Shown: positions 23,996 to 36,388, numbered from the stretch's first letter. The stretch: 64,000 nucleotides of DNA from Okamejei kenojei (GCA_035221665.1 CM069151.1:20708001-20772000); one strand, 5' to 3'. Notes: generated by a model from the sequence alone, not told the origin. Numbers and translations: made by a program.

Positions 23996-24562
23996 CTGCT
24001 GTAAATGCCTGCTGTAGGTATAGGGTTGTGATGCAATTCAGTTAAGAGGAAAGCAATGATCACAGGAAAATTCGGGGATATTTTTCCAGTTACAGAAGTA
24101 ATAAAACAACATGCCAAATCATAATAAAGTGGAGCACCATCTGTTTTGAAGAAGGTATTTGGAAGCTTCACAATTAAGTAAGAAACATAAATAATACTTA
24201 TCAATAAATCAAAGATTGACTCCAAATTGGCTCAAATAATTTGTTCACAAATTATAGCACAATCGTAAAGCAGCCTATTGTTTACAAAATCCCAAAATTC
24301 AAAGGTAATTATTTAATAAAAAGACATTTATTAATCTTTGTCACAAAATTGTAGAAACTCATCTATATGTGACAGTTTTACAGGTTTTAAACTGGGACAA
24401 AGCAAATTATTGAAACATGCAGCTAAAACCTATTTGTAAACCCATAAAGCGGGAGCAGTTAGAGTATGTCACGAGAACAAAGAGAATACTGATAGGAATG
24501 GGATTCAAGTTCTCTACAAGTTAAAAGAATCCAACCCAAAATGAATTCCAAAAAATATTTGG

Positions 24563-24652
24563 AAACAGAGAAACATAGAAAATAGGTGCAGGAGTAGACC
24601 ATTTGGCCCTTCGAGCCAGCACCACCATCCAATATGATCATGGCTGATCATT
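24563..24652 (-). mobile_element. HER1/CR1 3' tail
   Basis: (aaacatag)n tail plus ggtgcaggagtagaccatttggcccttcgagccagcaccaccatccaatatgatcatggctgatca. Confidence 0.85.
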
Positions 24653-25456
24653 TGGTACAGTAACTGGTCATTTGGCCATCATCCTCCTAACCTATTCCAC
24701 AAGTTGTACTCAGAAATAATCCACATTTCTTCTCTTAAATCATAACACCGCTGATATAATTTTGAAGCTAAATCTCAGACTTTACCAATGACTTATTGGT
24801 AATACTGGAGCAAAACAAATGATATTAGGTTTTTAAAATATTTTGCTGACAAATTTGGCAGAAGGTAACTGCTGATAGTTACAATAATTTTATATTGTTC
24901 CTGGTAAACGCTCTTTTAAAAAATAGAATTTTGCATACAGTTGAGACAATGCTGGGAATGATGGATATATTTTTTAATATAAATGAGCCACCACTGGGAT
25001 TTTTGAGTAAATTGACTAAAGACTATTCAAGCTGCCGAGGCCAGACCATTTTCAATCTTTTCATAATGTGGCAAATATAATGATCCAGTGTGGAATAATG
25101 CGTGGAACCACATACACTGCTGACATCTATTACATTCTGTATCCATCGCATTCTTGAAAAAATAAGTGAACTTACTTTTCAAAAATGCTGAGTTGGAGTC
25201 TCTTTAATTTGGTTAATGCAAGCTCAAGAGTTAATGCAAGCTCAAGATGTGATATGAAAAAATTACCAGCAGAGGAATTGTCCCACAATATTGCAACTTG
25301 ACTGTAAGTAAAGGCCTCTGGAGAGGGTAGAATAATGGAAGGCAAGTGGGAAGTTTTACTTATAAAATTAACATGTTCTTGACTGAAGGACTGAGGGACT
25401 GTGAAATGGCAGGATTATATTTACAGTTATACTGTACCTAAATATATCACCATTAA

Positions 25457-25516
25457 TGTGTAGGAAAGAACTGCAGATGCTGGTTTAAATCGAAGGTAGA
25501 CACAAAATGCTGGAGT
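25457..25516 (-). mobile_element. Very short Penelope-derived insertion with a 14-bp target-site duplication
   Basis: tatatcaccattaa [tgtgtaggaaagaactgcagatgctgg...acacaaaatgctggag] tatatcaccattaa. Confidence 0.85.
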
Positions 25517-27361
25517 ATATCACCATTAAACTTTATAATTTCCACAACGGATTCACAGGTTTTCATAACTAATTCATCAAATACCCTGATAAATGACACC
25601 ATATGCAAACCAGCTTTGCGAATTCAAGTGAATTACAAAATAATTTGACAATTCAATAATAAAGATGAGATTACCTCACAACTTCATCTTCATTACTTGC
25701 CTAAACCAAAATTCTGCTTAAGATCTTTTGCATACACTTTAAAGTGCAGATGGGGCCTTATCTTCGCTGCATCACTGCCCCCGCATTGCACTGGGCTGTA
25801 AAATTAGTTTTGTTGTGTGTGTCCGTTTTCAGAGAGTGATCTGCAAACACATCTATTTGACTCGGGGTCAAAAGTGCTACTAACTAATAAATAAAATGCT
25901 ATGTGGTTGCGGCCAAGCAGTAATTCAAAAGCAACGTACTACAGATTCTGGGAATCTATAATAAAATAACAATTCCAGAAATAATCAGGTCAGGTAACTA
26001 ACATCTGTGGAGAGATAAAATGAGTATTAACATTTCAGATGAATATTTTTTCAAGGAGTTAGTGAAAGATCATAAATCCGAAACAACGTCTGTTTCTTCC
26101 ACCGCGGGTGCTGCCCAAACTCTCATTACTTCCAGCATTTTCCTGTTTTATATTACCAAGAAATCTCAGAAAAAAATAAAAACATTATAACAATAATAAA
26201 ACACGTTGGCATACAGTATGTCAAGTCTCTAGGTTCAAATATAACCCGCAATTTGAACTTTAGTTCTGTTTCTTTGATATCACTAATTATTTCAAATGCA
26301 TTTCACCTTTATAAAGTTCATTATTATACCATTGTTAACTAATAAGGGTCACAGCTGAAATATGATACATTATTTTATAGTCAAATGTTTCTCTTGGATT
26401 CAAATAATCTTAAAACTGCTGTATTTTCACAAGACTATTACTGCTGTAATACATCAAATAAGGTTCCTACACATGGTAGGAGAAGAACAATAAAACATGA
26501 AAGAAATAACTGAAGGACATGTAGTCCTGTTGTGTTGCAGCTGTAATTGGACAACTATGAACTAAACAAAATTCTTAAACCCCAGAAAAGCAAAGCTTTT
26601 TGAAGAAAGCACGCTGTTTTACTGTTTTCACAGAGCAACTGTCTGTATTGTATTAAACAGCTGGGTTGGAGTCTGTTGGGATTCTCATGACAAGCATCTG
26701 TTCAATTTGTTCTCGCTGTAGACCATACCTGGGCGTTTACCATTCCTCCCAGTTTAAATATGAAGTGGTAATTTGTTGAAACAAAGTGGTACAGACCTTT
26801 TTCTGCCCCCCCCCCCCTGATTTTCCTCCAATGAGAGAAATTCTAGACCCTCACGTAGCATTACTCTAGGTTATGTCATAGACGATATATTTTGGTTTAG
26901 CATAACAAGAACTCTCTCATCTTAACAAACATTCATTTGGTTGAGTGGGAAGGATAATATCCTTTTGTCAATATTTCCAAGAATTCAAGGAAGACAGGCA
27001 AGGTGGCAAAATGTTCCAACGTCCAACTTCAAAGGTGCCATGCAACTAGCAGATGTGCCCAAGATCCCCCATGTATCACCACACAGTTGAATGTCTCTCC
27101 ATCTCCAAATAGTGTATTTTACCTTGGGATATATACAACATTCTAAATGATTTGTTGGCACATTGAAATCACCTTCACCAATTATTGCTAATAAGCATTG
27201 TGTTTTTTGAATGGTTTGAGTTGAGGGTTAATTTCCTCTAGAATTTGAGGGAGAAAAATTATTTCCATGAGAGCCTGGACAATAATAAGTTGCATTCTTC
27301 ACACAATGGATTCCGTGCAAACAATAATCATAATATCTTGTTTAAGACACACAATGTAAAA

Positions 27362-27683
27362 GTGTAGGAAGGAACTGCAGATGCTGGTTTACACTGAAGA
27401 TAGACACAAAATGCTGGAGTAGCTCAGCGGGCCCTGGATCTATCCAACATCTCTGGATAGAAGGAATGGGTGACATTTCGGGTTGAGACCCTTCTTCAGA
27501 CTGAGAGTCAGGGGAGCAGACACAGAGATAAGAAAGGGTGACGTGTGTGAAAACGAGACATCAAAAGAGATGAAGGTCAAGGAAAATGTAGAATAGATCT
27601 TTGTTAGCTAGGAATAGGTGACAACAAAGCTATCCAGAGATGCTGCCTGTCCCACTGAGTTACTCCAGCATTTTGTGTCTATC
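27362..27683 (-). mobile_element. Penelope-derived element with an inverted terminal segment
   Basis: Left gatagacacaaaatgctggagtagctcagcggg is mirrored at the right by ctgagttactccagcattttgtgtctatc; hammerhead-like core on the minus strand at about 27472-27499; flanks cacacaatgtaaaag / cacacaaggtaaagg. Confidence 0.85.
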
Positions 27684-27942
27684 ACACAAGGTAAAGGTTG
27701 TTTTTCATATTTGCAAGTGATATTAATAAAGTTTGCTTTTGCTGAAGAGATTGTGCTACTTTGACACTTTATCAACCATTATGCAACAGGTAGCCCATTG
27801 ATTAACATTATTTGGATCTTGCGGCTAAGAAGTTGGCCATATTCTGTGAAAACTAAATTTAAATGACCTACACTACAAGTACATTAACTAGGAACTTCAT
27901 TAGTGATCACAGATTAACACTCAGCTCAATTATACATTTGCT

Positions 27943-28445
27943 TTGTGTAATGAAGAACTGCAGGTGCTGGTATAAACCGAAGACAGGCGCAAAAAGCATG
28001 AGTAACACAATGGTCAGGCAGCATCCCTGGAGAGAAGGATTAGGTGACGTTTCAGGTTGAAGCCCTTCTGCAGACCAAGAGTCAGGGGAAAGGGGAACGA
28101 GAGATATAGACCATACTTAGGAGAAATGAATAGAAGATATGCAAAAAGCAACGATAATCAAGGGGCACACAATAGGCCAACGCAGGCCATGGGATAGGTG
28201 GCAACAAGTATACAGAGGAAGTCAACAGGATGACAGTAAAATTAGTAATATTATTAGGTGTCAGAAGTTATGGGGAGAAGGCAGTAGAATGGGGTTAGGA
28301 GGGAGAGATAGATCAGCCATGATTGAATGGCAGAGTAGACTTGATGGGCCGAATGACCTAATTCTACTCCTATTCCTTATAACCCTATGACTAGGGTGGG
28401 GCGGGATGGAGAGAGAGGGGGTTGCAAGGGTTATTGGAAGTTTGC
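27943..28445 (-). mobile_element. Penelope 3' region with a nested CR1 tail at about 28256-28385
   Basis: Same terminal unit; distal end ggggttgcaagggttattggaag is the reverse complement of the sequence just after the GIY-YIG stop at 11905-11930. Confidence 0.75.
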
Positions 28446-29272
28446 CACGTTCATCTTGATTATTTGTGATTTGATATGGGCAATTTTGCAATAACGGTAA
28501 CCATAACCGCAACGTAACCATTCCACCTCAGTACAGAGAATAACCTCCAGTAATGACATGGCCCAACTTCAATATCCTGTGACTCTATCATGATATTTGT
28601 AATACCAATATTTTCTGCTATTTATACCAATATGTTGGGCCATTTACATTTTGAATTATGATTTATATTTGGTAATCTTTTTCCTACTGCAATTACCTTT
28701 GTAATTGAGGGAAAGCTAAATTATAGCTACAAATATTCTTCTCCAAGAGGCATTAGGGCTCATACCTCATTGATTGTTAACACCCATACTCAATGAAAGC
28801 AAACAAGGGAAATTGAGGTCTGAAAATAAGAAAAAGCAATAAATGAAAATATATCAGAAGCGCCAATTATAAACCAGATGCTAATTAACCAATGCACATT
28901 GCCACTCATTTGGGAATCAGGCAGTTGCATAAACAAGATACAATTGCCGGATTCCTCATTACTGCAGAGGGCTTGAAGAAATAACCTCAGGGTTGAACTT
29001 CAAATGCCATTGCAACAAAGTAGCACAGTACATAGTTATACAAAGACCTAAATTGGCCCAATTTTTTAAATAAAATTCAAATGGAAAAACAAATTCAAAT
29101 ACTCCGATGCTCTGTGGGACTGAATTGAATAGATTTGAGGATGGAGGAGCTTATATGAAAGCAAAAGAGACTCAGCATAGGAAGAGAAAAGGAGCCACGG
29201 TCACAGTTGCACTGGATGTCACTAGTCATTAATACAGCATGGCAGGTGGAGTGGAAACAGCTTAGATACTAA

Positions 29273-29560
29273 GCGGCAAGGTGGCGCAGCAGTAGAATTG
29301 CTGCCTTACAGCGTTTTCAGTGCCAGACCCAGGTTCGATCCCAAGTACAGGTGCTGCCTGTATGGAGTTCATACGTTCTCCCCGTGATCACGTGGGTTTT
29401 TTCCCTGAGATCTTCGGTTTCCTCCCACATTCTAAAGGCATACAGGTTTGTAGGTTAATTGTCCCTGGTGTGTGTAGAAATGTTAATGTGCTGGAATCAT
29501 TGGTCGGTGCGGACTCGGTGGGCCGAAGGGCCTGTTTCTGCACTATCTCTAAACTAAACT
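29273..29560 (+). mobile_element. HE1-type V-SINE, full length
   Basis: gtggcgcagcagtagaattgctgcc head, B-box GGTTCGATCCC, V-domain, tail ggtgggccgaagggcctgtttc...(ctaaa)n. Confidence 0.9.
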
Positions 29561-30554
29561 ACAGGTTTGAATCGAATGTCTTGTCAATAACCTGGATATT
29601 GAATGAGCATTGCGAGTTAATTTATATTTGAAACCATAAGTTATTCACTCACAGGAACAGCTAAAAGTTGGAGAAAGTTGAAGAAAATGAAGGATGAAGA
29701 TTTTACTCATGAGATGATAAAGACTGGTGGGAATTGAAACACAATGCAAAATTAAATACACAGTTCTTATCTCCTCCACTCCCACACACAAATTTAATTG
29801 AGTCTTGAAATCAAGAAAATTAATTGTAAAGTATAGTGGCTGAGTGTTCAAATGTTAGGTGCTTTTTACAAGTTTTAAAAGATAAATTTGACTTTATCTG
29901 GTAAATTTACCTGGTTGGCACATAACAAAAGCTTTTCACTGTACCTCAGTAATGTGACAATAAACTAAACTGAAACTATTTTTTTTATTCCACCCTGAAA
30001 CTGTGTTACAAATTTAATAATTCACACCAATGGAAGTCATACTATAATAACCAACCAGGTTCGTTATGAGAAGTTACCTACAAACTTTGAAATCCAATGA
30101 TCTTAAATACTTAATGAAGTCAAAAGTTAGTATTTGCAAATAATTTTTGAGTGCACTACATCATTTATTTATTCCTTTCAAATGCTGTAGATGTTCAGGA
30201 CATTTCACCGATATGTTTAAACTTTCCTTAATGGCTTTCAATCTGCAGATGATAAGATGAAAACTCAATTTATCACACTGCATCAATAAGTATTCGCACT
30301 TAAGGAGTGCAAACATTTCAAGAGAGTACTTTTAGTGTAATGTACTCTCAATTCTTCCAGTTTTAAATTTAGAAATTAAAAGTAACTTAATTTCCTTTTC
30401 CATGGAGACCTAACATTTCAGATGTTTTCACATCTGGAATTATTCCAAAGATGGAGATTAAAACAGCTCCTTCCACAAATCTGTGCTCCAGATGGGCTTG
30501 AACACTAAACTAGAAAGACACTATCTGAATCTAGACCAATTCAAAGCAAAAACA

Positions 30555-31270
30555 TCATTATTAGAAAATGAAGTAAAGAGTGCTTGTCATATGTACTGAC
30601 AACAGAACAATGAAATTCATACTTGCTTCAGCTTAATAGGCCTATAAATGCAATAACACCCAGATAATCTTAAAATAAATAATAAAGTAACAATTGTAAT
30701 ACTAGGTAACAATAAAAGTCCTAAAACCTAAGTGTGAAGTGCGACAAAGTCACAGCCGATAAAAGATCATAGTTGCTGAGTTCAGTGTTATGCAGTGTTC
30801 AAGAGCCTGATGGTTGCTGGAAAGAAGCAGTTGTTGAACCTCGTAGACATGGTTTTAATGCTCCTGTACCTATCTGCTGAGGGTAGTGGTAAATTGAGAG
30901 CATGGCCAGGGTGGTGTGGGTCATTAATGCTATTGGCTGCCTTTTTGAGGCAACACCTCCCATAGATCCCTTTCATGGTTGTGATGGAGCAGACCGTGTC
31001 TACCACCCTTTGTAATCTCCTTTGTTCTTTGACATTCATGTAGCTGAACCAGGCCGTGATGCAACCAGTCAGTATGAATGAATGAATGACACTTTATGAT
31101 ATTATGCTCTCTATAATACAGTACCGTATTATGATAGTATGCTCTCTAAAGTACACCTGCAGAAATTTGCTTTAATATAGGTCAACATGCCCATCTTCTC
31201 AATCTAATAGGAGGCATTGATGACCCTTCAGTGTGGTTGCATCAATGTGCTGGGTCCAGAAGACAGTGAG
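30555..31270 (-). mobile_element. Decayed Rex1/Babar-like LINE 3' end
   Basis: ORF 30788-31039 (-): RRLQRVV...CLKKAANSINDPHHPGHAL..PLPS..RYRSIKT.STRFNNCFFPATIRLLN, the canonical Rex1 C-terminus. Confidence 0.85.
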
Positions 31271-31489
31271 TACCTTGCCCCCATTCACCATCACCAACTT
31301 CATGAAGCGACAACGATCTCAAAATTAGTCGTGAATTATTTGATATTTATTTTTTTGTTCTGTTCAAGGTGACTATATATATTTATTTTTTTAAACTGCA
31401 GTTATTTAAATGTTTCAGTCAATAAGAGCAACCTTGGACTCTATGAGCAGAGTTGAATCAAGATAACAGTCATTTTGTGCATTGACTGC

Positions 31490-32155
31490 AAGATACAAAG
31501 TGAAGTTTACCGCTGACACTAAAGTGATGGTGTCATAGATCAGAAATTTAGCAGGATTCTAATCAGCTGGGCAAGTGGGCCGAGGAATGGTTAATTGCGT
31601 TCAATGCTGATAAGTGCAAGGTGTTGCATTTTGGTATGGTGAACCGGGGCAGGACCTTCCTTGTGAATGGTAAGGCCCTGAGAAATGTTGCAGAGCAGAG
31701 AGATCTAAGAGGTCAGGTACATAGTTCCTTGAATGTGGCGTAACAGGTCAATAGGGTGGTCAAGAAGGCCTTCAGTATATTAGCCTTCATCAGACAGGAC
31801 CTGAGCTATAGGGAGAGGTTGGGCAGGCTTGGAATTCATTCCTTCAGAGCACAAGAGGCTGAGGTGTGATCTTATATGTATAGAAAATCATGAGGGGAAT
31901 AGATAGGGTGAATGTACAGTTTTTTACCCAGAGTAGGGGAAATCAAGAACCAGAAGACATAGGTTTAAGGTGTGAGGGAAGGATTTAACAAGAACCTGAA
32001 GGGCAACTTTTCCACACAGACTGGTGAGCATATGGAACGAGTTGACAGAGGAGGTAGTTGAGGCAGGTACTTAAGCAATATTTCAAAAACACTTGGCACA
32101 TCGATAGAAAGGTTTTAGAGGGATATTGGCCAAATGGCCTGTTTCCGTAATGTAT
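31490..32155 (+). mobile_element. CR1/HER1 LINE RT and 3' fragment
   Basis: KF.ADTK, LGKWAEEWLIAFNADKCKVLHFG, EQRDL and YKIMRGIDRV-like motifs, with deletions. Confidence 0.9.
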
Positions 32156-32439
32156 GATTAAGTTGTTCCATGATGTTAAATCCACCAACTTTGACTTCAG
32201 AGAGACACATGTTTGGGATGTCTACCATTACTTTACATCTTTTAACGAGACAGTTGATTTCACTATTCATGCTGCTGTTATATTCAAACATGCAAGGTAG
32301 ACAAAAGCATGCAAGGTACCAGCGCCATAGTTGGCTGCTATTTGTATACTTTGTGTATGGAAGCAAAGAATCTCACTGTGGCAATGAAGTATTCCTATTC
32401 CTAAAACCAGCTTGTTTTGCAATCAATCAGGAAATAGGT

Positions 32440-33056
32440 TTGCACGGTGGTGCAGCTGTAGTGTTACTGCCTTACAGCGAATGCAGCGCTAGAGATCAGG
32501 GTTCAATCCTGACTACTGGTGCTGTCTGTACGGCGTGTGTACGTTCACCCCCTGACCTGCGTGGGTTTTCTCCGAGATCTTCGGCTTCCTCCCACACTCC
32601 AAAGACGTACAGTATGTAGGTTTAATTGGCTTGGTTGTGGCGTCAGCTGATACACAGACCACTTATGGTCGAACCCTCGTCAGTTGCTAGGAAGGCTGGC
32701 ATGTGACGCCATGGGCTAGGGGGAGTGTCCTACATAAGCTTATCTCACCTTGAGATCTACCCAGTCAACAGGTAGCTGAGTTCGAGACAACACTCTCGCT
32801 CAGCTACAGCAGCAATGACAATTATGTTAGTGGACCAAACTTACATGTAACAACTGAATAAAAACTACTGTTTGAACCTGCCTGACATCTGGCCTTTTCC
32901 TGACCACGTTTGGTGCCGCTACATGGCTAATGTAAAAATTGTCCCTAATATGTGTGTGTGTGTGTGTAGGATAATGTTAATATGCAGGGATCGCTGGTTG
33001 GCACGGACCCGTTGGGTCGAAGGGCCTGTTTCCACGCTGTATCTCCAAACTAAACT
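32440..33056 (+). mobile_element. HE1-type V-SINE split by an insertion at 32636-32923
   Basis: Head and V-domain at 32440-32635 resume as aatgtaaaaattgtccctaa...gggtcgaagggcctgtttccacgctgtatctcc after 32923. Confidence 0.85.
32636..32923 (+). mobile_element. Probable solo LTR (Gypsy-like), 288 bp
   Basis: TG...CA ends with short inverted termini TGTGGCG / CGCTACA, internal AATAAA at 32857, and 4-bp flanks tggt / tggc. Confidence 0.6.
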
Positions 33057-33467
33057 TTTAAAAAAGTGATCCCATCGGCCACAATGTCTTATTCTTTTAT
33101 TGAGATCATTAGCTGCTTGCTTGAAAACTAGGGACCCTTCTGGGAATTGTTCATTGGCTTCAGAATCACTGCAGCAACATTTTGCGAGTGCATTTTACCA
33201 GCAAAATCTTCATTATCTTTCCTCACACCACCTCCACACAGATTATTCCGTTTTTTTTCAGTATCATCATTCCACTGACCAGTGCTGAAAATAATTCCAC
33301 GTAACCTTCAGGAATGTTGCACTGGTTTAATTTATTAAAATAGAAAGATTCACGTCCTATCCATATCTAAATTCACAATAATTCAGTAGTTAAACTACTC
33401 AATAATTACTTGAACAAATGGGATTTTTAATTGTCCAAGTCGGAATCATAAGATGTGTGCTCCTATG

Positions 33468-33715
33468 ACAAAGTCAAAGTCACATTTATTCGTCATATGC
33501 ACCAACGAAGGCGCAGTGAAATAAATTTGCCAGCAGCAATATACTTCAAAAAAACACACAATACACATTAGAATCCACGCAAACATGGTGGAAGGTAACA
33601 AAGTCCAGTCAGTCCTCCTCTCCCGTTCATCCGTGGTCGGGGCCATAAACCCTCCGCAGTCGCCGCTACAGACGGCCGGATGTACAGGCCCTCTCATCAG
33701 GATGATCAAAACTCC
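33468..33715 (-). mobile_element. Non-autonomous retroelement 3' fragment with a Rex1-type tail
   Basis: (caaagt)n tail, catttattcgtcatatgcacc, gtgaaataaatttgccagcagca (compare 12595-12620) and gtggtcggggcc shared with the 17100/55655 family. Confidence 0.55.
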
Positions 33716-35094
33716 GAGGGTTCCCCAATTTCATGTACTCTTTATTTTTTTTTCCTGATTTCATATCTGATTGCCAATCTCCAGGGCTGCGTACAAGAGG
33801 AAATACTATATTTCATATAAAGTATCAAATTATCAATTTAATTATCTCAGCAAGATCATCTTCTCATACTCTTGCGTTTATGCAACCTGACCTCAGAACT
33901 TACATTTTAAACTTCATTTTTTTCCTTCCATTGTTCTGCCCTGTACCTGCTCCAAGGAAAATATAGAACTTTTCAAGATTTGTGAATCCAATGTAACTTA
34001 AAGGATCTGCCAAATGCTCTTTACAGGTAAACCACACTTACACATTAGTATTCCAACAACTTTTAACATAAAGACCAACATTCCACTAACCTCCCTTTTT
34101 AACTTTTGAACACAAGTACAAGGATATGTGAAGATGGACACAAAAATAAATTCATTTCTTTTTGTCCCAAATTGCTTGCCAAAATCAAAACATCAAATTT
34201 TTGTTTTCAGATCTATGTTGAATGGCCACACAAATGAATTTCACATTGTAATTTTCTGTCCACTAACTGTATGTATTTGGAACTTTCTTCCCCCATTAAG
34301 GCATGTTAGCTAACTTGGTACTACAATAAACAAACATGGCTTCACAATTTCTCTGTTCCTTCATCTGAAAAAGTTTGTGGGGAATATGTGACGTTCTGGT
34401 ATCGCTTCCAGGTAAACATATGTCACACCCACTGATATGGCATTGGGTAATTGCTGTGGAATATTTATTTACTTTATTTAGCTGGTCAAGTGCTATCTTT
34501 TTCTATCCATATTTAAATAGGTTTTCACACAAAATTAGAGTGGTTGCTCAGGATGAAACGCAAGAGCAATTAACAAAAGAGCACGATCTCTGGGGATTCT
34601 AGTTGCTGCAACTCAAGAGGTCTGGATGAGTTGCCAACATAGCAAATTCTAATTGCAGCTTCCATTCAAACTCAAGATTTTACTGGTGGAGAAAGACAGT
34701 CCAGATTCACGAGGATAATTGCTGGATAGCGAATTCCCCCAATTGATCACTTCACCGGTAACTGAAGCCTATTACAATTTCTACATCAACTGAGGAAAGA
34801 ACATGGCTCCCTTTACAATATTAATTTGAAGGAAACAATATTGTCCGCTAACTGGGTTGCATAATATCTTGTTTTAATCAGCTACATGATTCGATTTCTA
34901 GCAGAAATAAGTTTTAAGAAAATCAGGGATCATGCCAGTTGCAAGTTCCATTTTTTTTTTTTTGCATTCTAGCTTGAGTCAGCAGGCAGGACATATCATA
35001 GTTACAAACAATTTTATGGGACTACCGGATTTGGTTGAAAGTTTGTCATATAATCAGCTGTCAAAAACAAAAGTAGTGTTGTGGTTCAGAAAGA

Positions 35095-35650
35095 GCACCA
35101 CACAGAGGTCTATGTCTCACCAATAAAACAAATCTAGGCTGATAAACTAGTGGATCACTAAAGGAGCTGTTAGAGGTGTTGACTTTTGATTAACACATTA
35201 AATTAAGATTATATCTACACTCTACAATGGACATAAAGGTTCCCTTGGTACACTTTGCAGCAGCTTAATGGCACATTAGCACTATTGCCTCACAGCTCCT
35301 GGGACCCAGTTTCAATCCTACCCTTTAGCACCAACCATGTTTGTATGATCTTGCTGTGTCTGTGTAGGCTTCTGCTGGATGGTGGTGAATTATTCTTTAG
35401 TCCAGCAAATGGCAAAAGAATCAATGAGTGGTTGATGGAGAATCCTAAAGGGGAAATGACGAGAGAACAGGACTGATGGGATCGTTCTGCTGGGAGTTGG
35501 CATGGGCTGAATGGCCTCTTTCTGAATCATACTTTTTAAAAAAAAATCTAGTTTTTGGCCTTGGCCAGTATTTACCATCCAATCAAAAGTATCTCATTTT
35601 GTGACTGTGAGCAATTTTATGGGAGAAAACAGTCAGCTTTTCTGCCTGCT
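35095..35650 (+). mobile_element. Ancient Deu-domain SINE interrupted by a diverged HE1 SINE at about 35268-35525
   Basis: aaatctaggctgat...gctgttagaggtgttgacttttgat...tggacataaaggttcccttggtacact, resuming after the insert as ccttggccagtatttaccatccaatcaa; matches the recalled Deu-domain order. Confidence 0.55.
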
Positions 35651-35946
35651 TTTTAAAGAGCCCGCATTTCCTATTACCGGCACATTGTAATAGGATCCTT
35701 GCATGTTATTTCTAAATACCGCTCGACCAAGCAAGAAACCCCTACGTCCCAGCTAGCAAATTCCCAAACATTGTAAAATTGTGACACAAGTGCTGGAGCA
35801 ACTTGGTAGGTCAGGCAGCATCTCTGGAGAGCATGGATAGATGACATTTCAGATTTGTACCCTTTTCCAGACTCCTTTTGTGCATCACTTGATATGGTAG
35901 TGAGCAAAACAGAGCAAATGGTTAGTGAGTTTACTCTCATTTCTCA

Positions 35947-36081
35947 TGTTCATAACTGATAGGAGCAGACTTTGGCCATTCCACCCATCAAATCTACTCT
36001 GCCATTCAATCATGGCTGATTTATCTTTCGATCTTAACCCCATTCCCTGGGGTTAAGATCGAAAGATAAATCAGCCATGAT
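35947..36081 (-). mobile_element. HER1/CR1 tail whose distal 34 bp are fold-back duplicated
   Basis: Arms 36009-36042 and 36048-36081 are perfect reverse complements around the loop ttccc. Confidence 0.85.
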
Positions 36082-36388
36082 AAATCAATGTCCTAAAGAG
36101 ATAACTTTCACTTAGATACAGGTAATCCTATAAAATCCAGGCTTGTTAGTGATCCTGGATGCAACAGGATAAGATGGTAGCCAGTCTTAATTTAAGGAGC
36201 ACAATTAAGAAAATAATTGACAGTGTGTTTTTGTAAAACTGTCAAAGTCATCGGGGAGATAATTATGAAACTTGGGTATTTCCATCAAATACCATGTCTA
36301 CCATGGAATTTCTATGAAATTCATTGGTATATTGCACGAGAAAGAAACATGGAAATAATAAAGTTCTTAAAATAAGGTTATCTGATGC

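Noticed and set aside
34373-34408. Possible plus-strand exon reading CGEYVTFWYRFQ before CAG|gtaaac
   Set aside because: The acceptor context (ctgaaaaag) is weak and no partner exon was found.
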